Source of the DNA: Acutalibacteraceae bacterium
GTDB taxonomy: Bacteria; Bacillota; Clostridia; Oscillospirales; Acutalibacteraceae
Direction of reading: 5' to 3'
Assembly: GCA_045606785.1 (NCBI GenBank)
Contig: JAZUSN010000017.1
Span: forward strand, 187-64,186
Length of the DNA: 64,000 bases
The notes beneath the pieces are model-generated. The model saw only the letters and a program-made list of their open reading frames with translations. It did no database searches and had not been told where the DNA came from. Both the position numbers and the translations under genes were made by a program. Below are positions 63,930-64,000 of the stretch, piece after piece. Position 1 is the first letter of the stretch. The number at the start of each line of letters is the position of its first letter.

Positions 63930-64000
63930 ATGAAAAAGTTTTCTCCCCTGCTGATTGTTATCGCTGCGACGCTGTGGGGCACGATGGGCTTCTTCACACG
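63930..64000 (+). CDS. N-terminal fragment of an EamA/DMT-type membrane transporter (runs off the window)
   Basis: MKKFSPLLIVIAATLWGTMGFFT resembles the EamA N-terminus. Only 23 codons are visible. Confidence 0.4.
   Translation, partial: MKKFSPLLIVIAATLWGTMGFFT

Noticed and set aside
1-64000. rRNA, tRNA, transposase, integrase or phage genes
   Set aside because: None were recognised in any frame or intergenic region. Intergenic gaps are short or occupied by promoters, terminators and the repeats described. Without a covariance-model search, small ncRNAs cannot be excluded.

Overview
The window looks like chromosomal DNA from a Gram-positive, spore-forming anaerobe. It is probably Clostridia, possibly Oscillospiraceae/Ruminococcus-like. 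Supporting evidence: an intact pro-sigma-K gene, ylmC/ymxH, a DUF370(RemB-like)-gyrB pair, a dockerin-bearing protein, and strong AGGAGG-type RBSs. No rRNA, tRNA, CRISPR array, transposase or integrase was seen.

Layout:
- 0.4-29 kb: a large glycan-active cluster with no transporter or sensor. It holds GH92, GH38, two GH78-like paralogs, a DUF4965 glutaminase-like hydrolase, a BNR/sialidase-like protein and two beta-helix proteins. An acyltransferase_3 gene, an FkbM methyltransferase gene and housekeeping-type genes are interleaved.
- 30.1-35.3 kb: purE-purF-purM-purN-purH, behind a structured leader that I cannot assign to a known riboswitch class.
- 35.3-40.6 kb: a visibly AT-rich accessory stretch. 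It holds a DUF559 endonuclease cassette embedded in hairpin-repeat modules, small membrane/lipoproteins, three tandem secreted C-terminally anchored proteins (two share an 88-bp signal-peptide cassette), an inverted-repeat element and a 90-bp tandem repeat.
- 40.6-50.6 kb: an SDR-like enzyme, an Sfp-type PPTase, a 1044-aa dockerin protein and a 1544-aa secreted giant.
- 51-64 kb: a GPH symporter, sigK, yfcC-like, glyA, gyrB, tadA, xth and neighbours.

Most interesting signal: a short amphipathic motif, roughly K-I-x-x-F-(F/L)-S-(K/R)-(I/L)-(F/I)-G-(F/L). It recurs at the extreme C-terminus of several otherwise unrelated secreted proteins. It also ends an unannotated 58-aa signal-peptide-bearing sORF at 51002..51178. 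Two tandem leaderless 45-49-aa peptides end in looser, similar tails, and each has a perfect TTGACA-17-TATAAT promoter. Function is unknown. All family calls come from motif recognition by eye, not from database searches.
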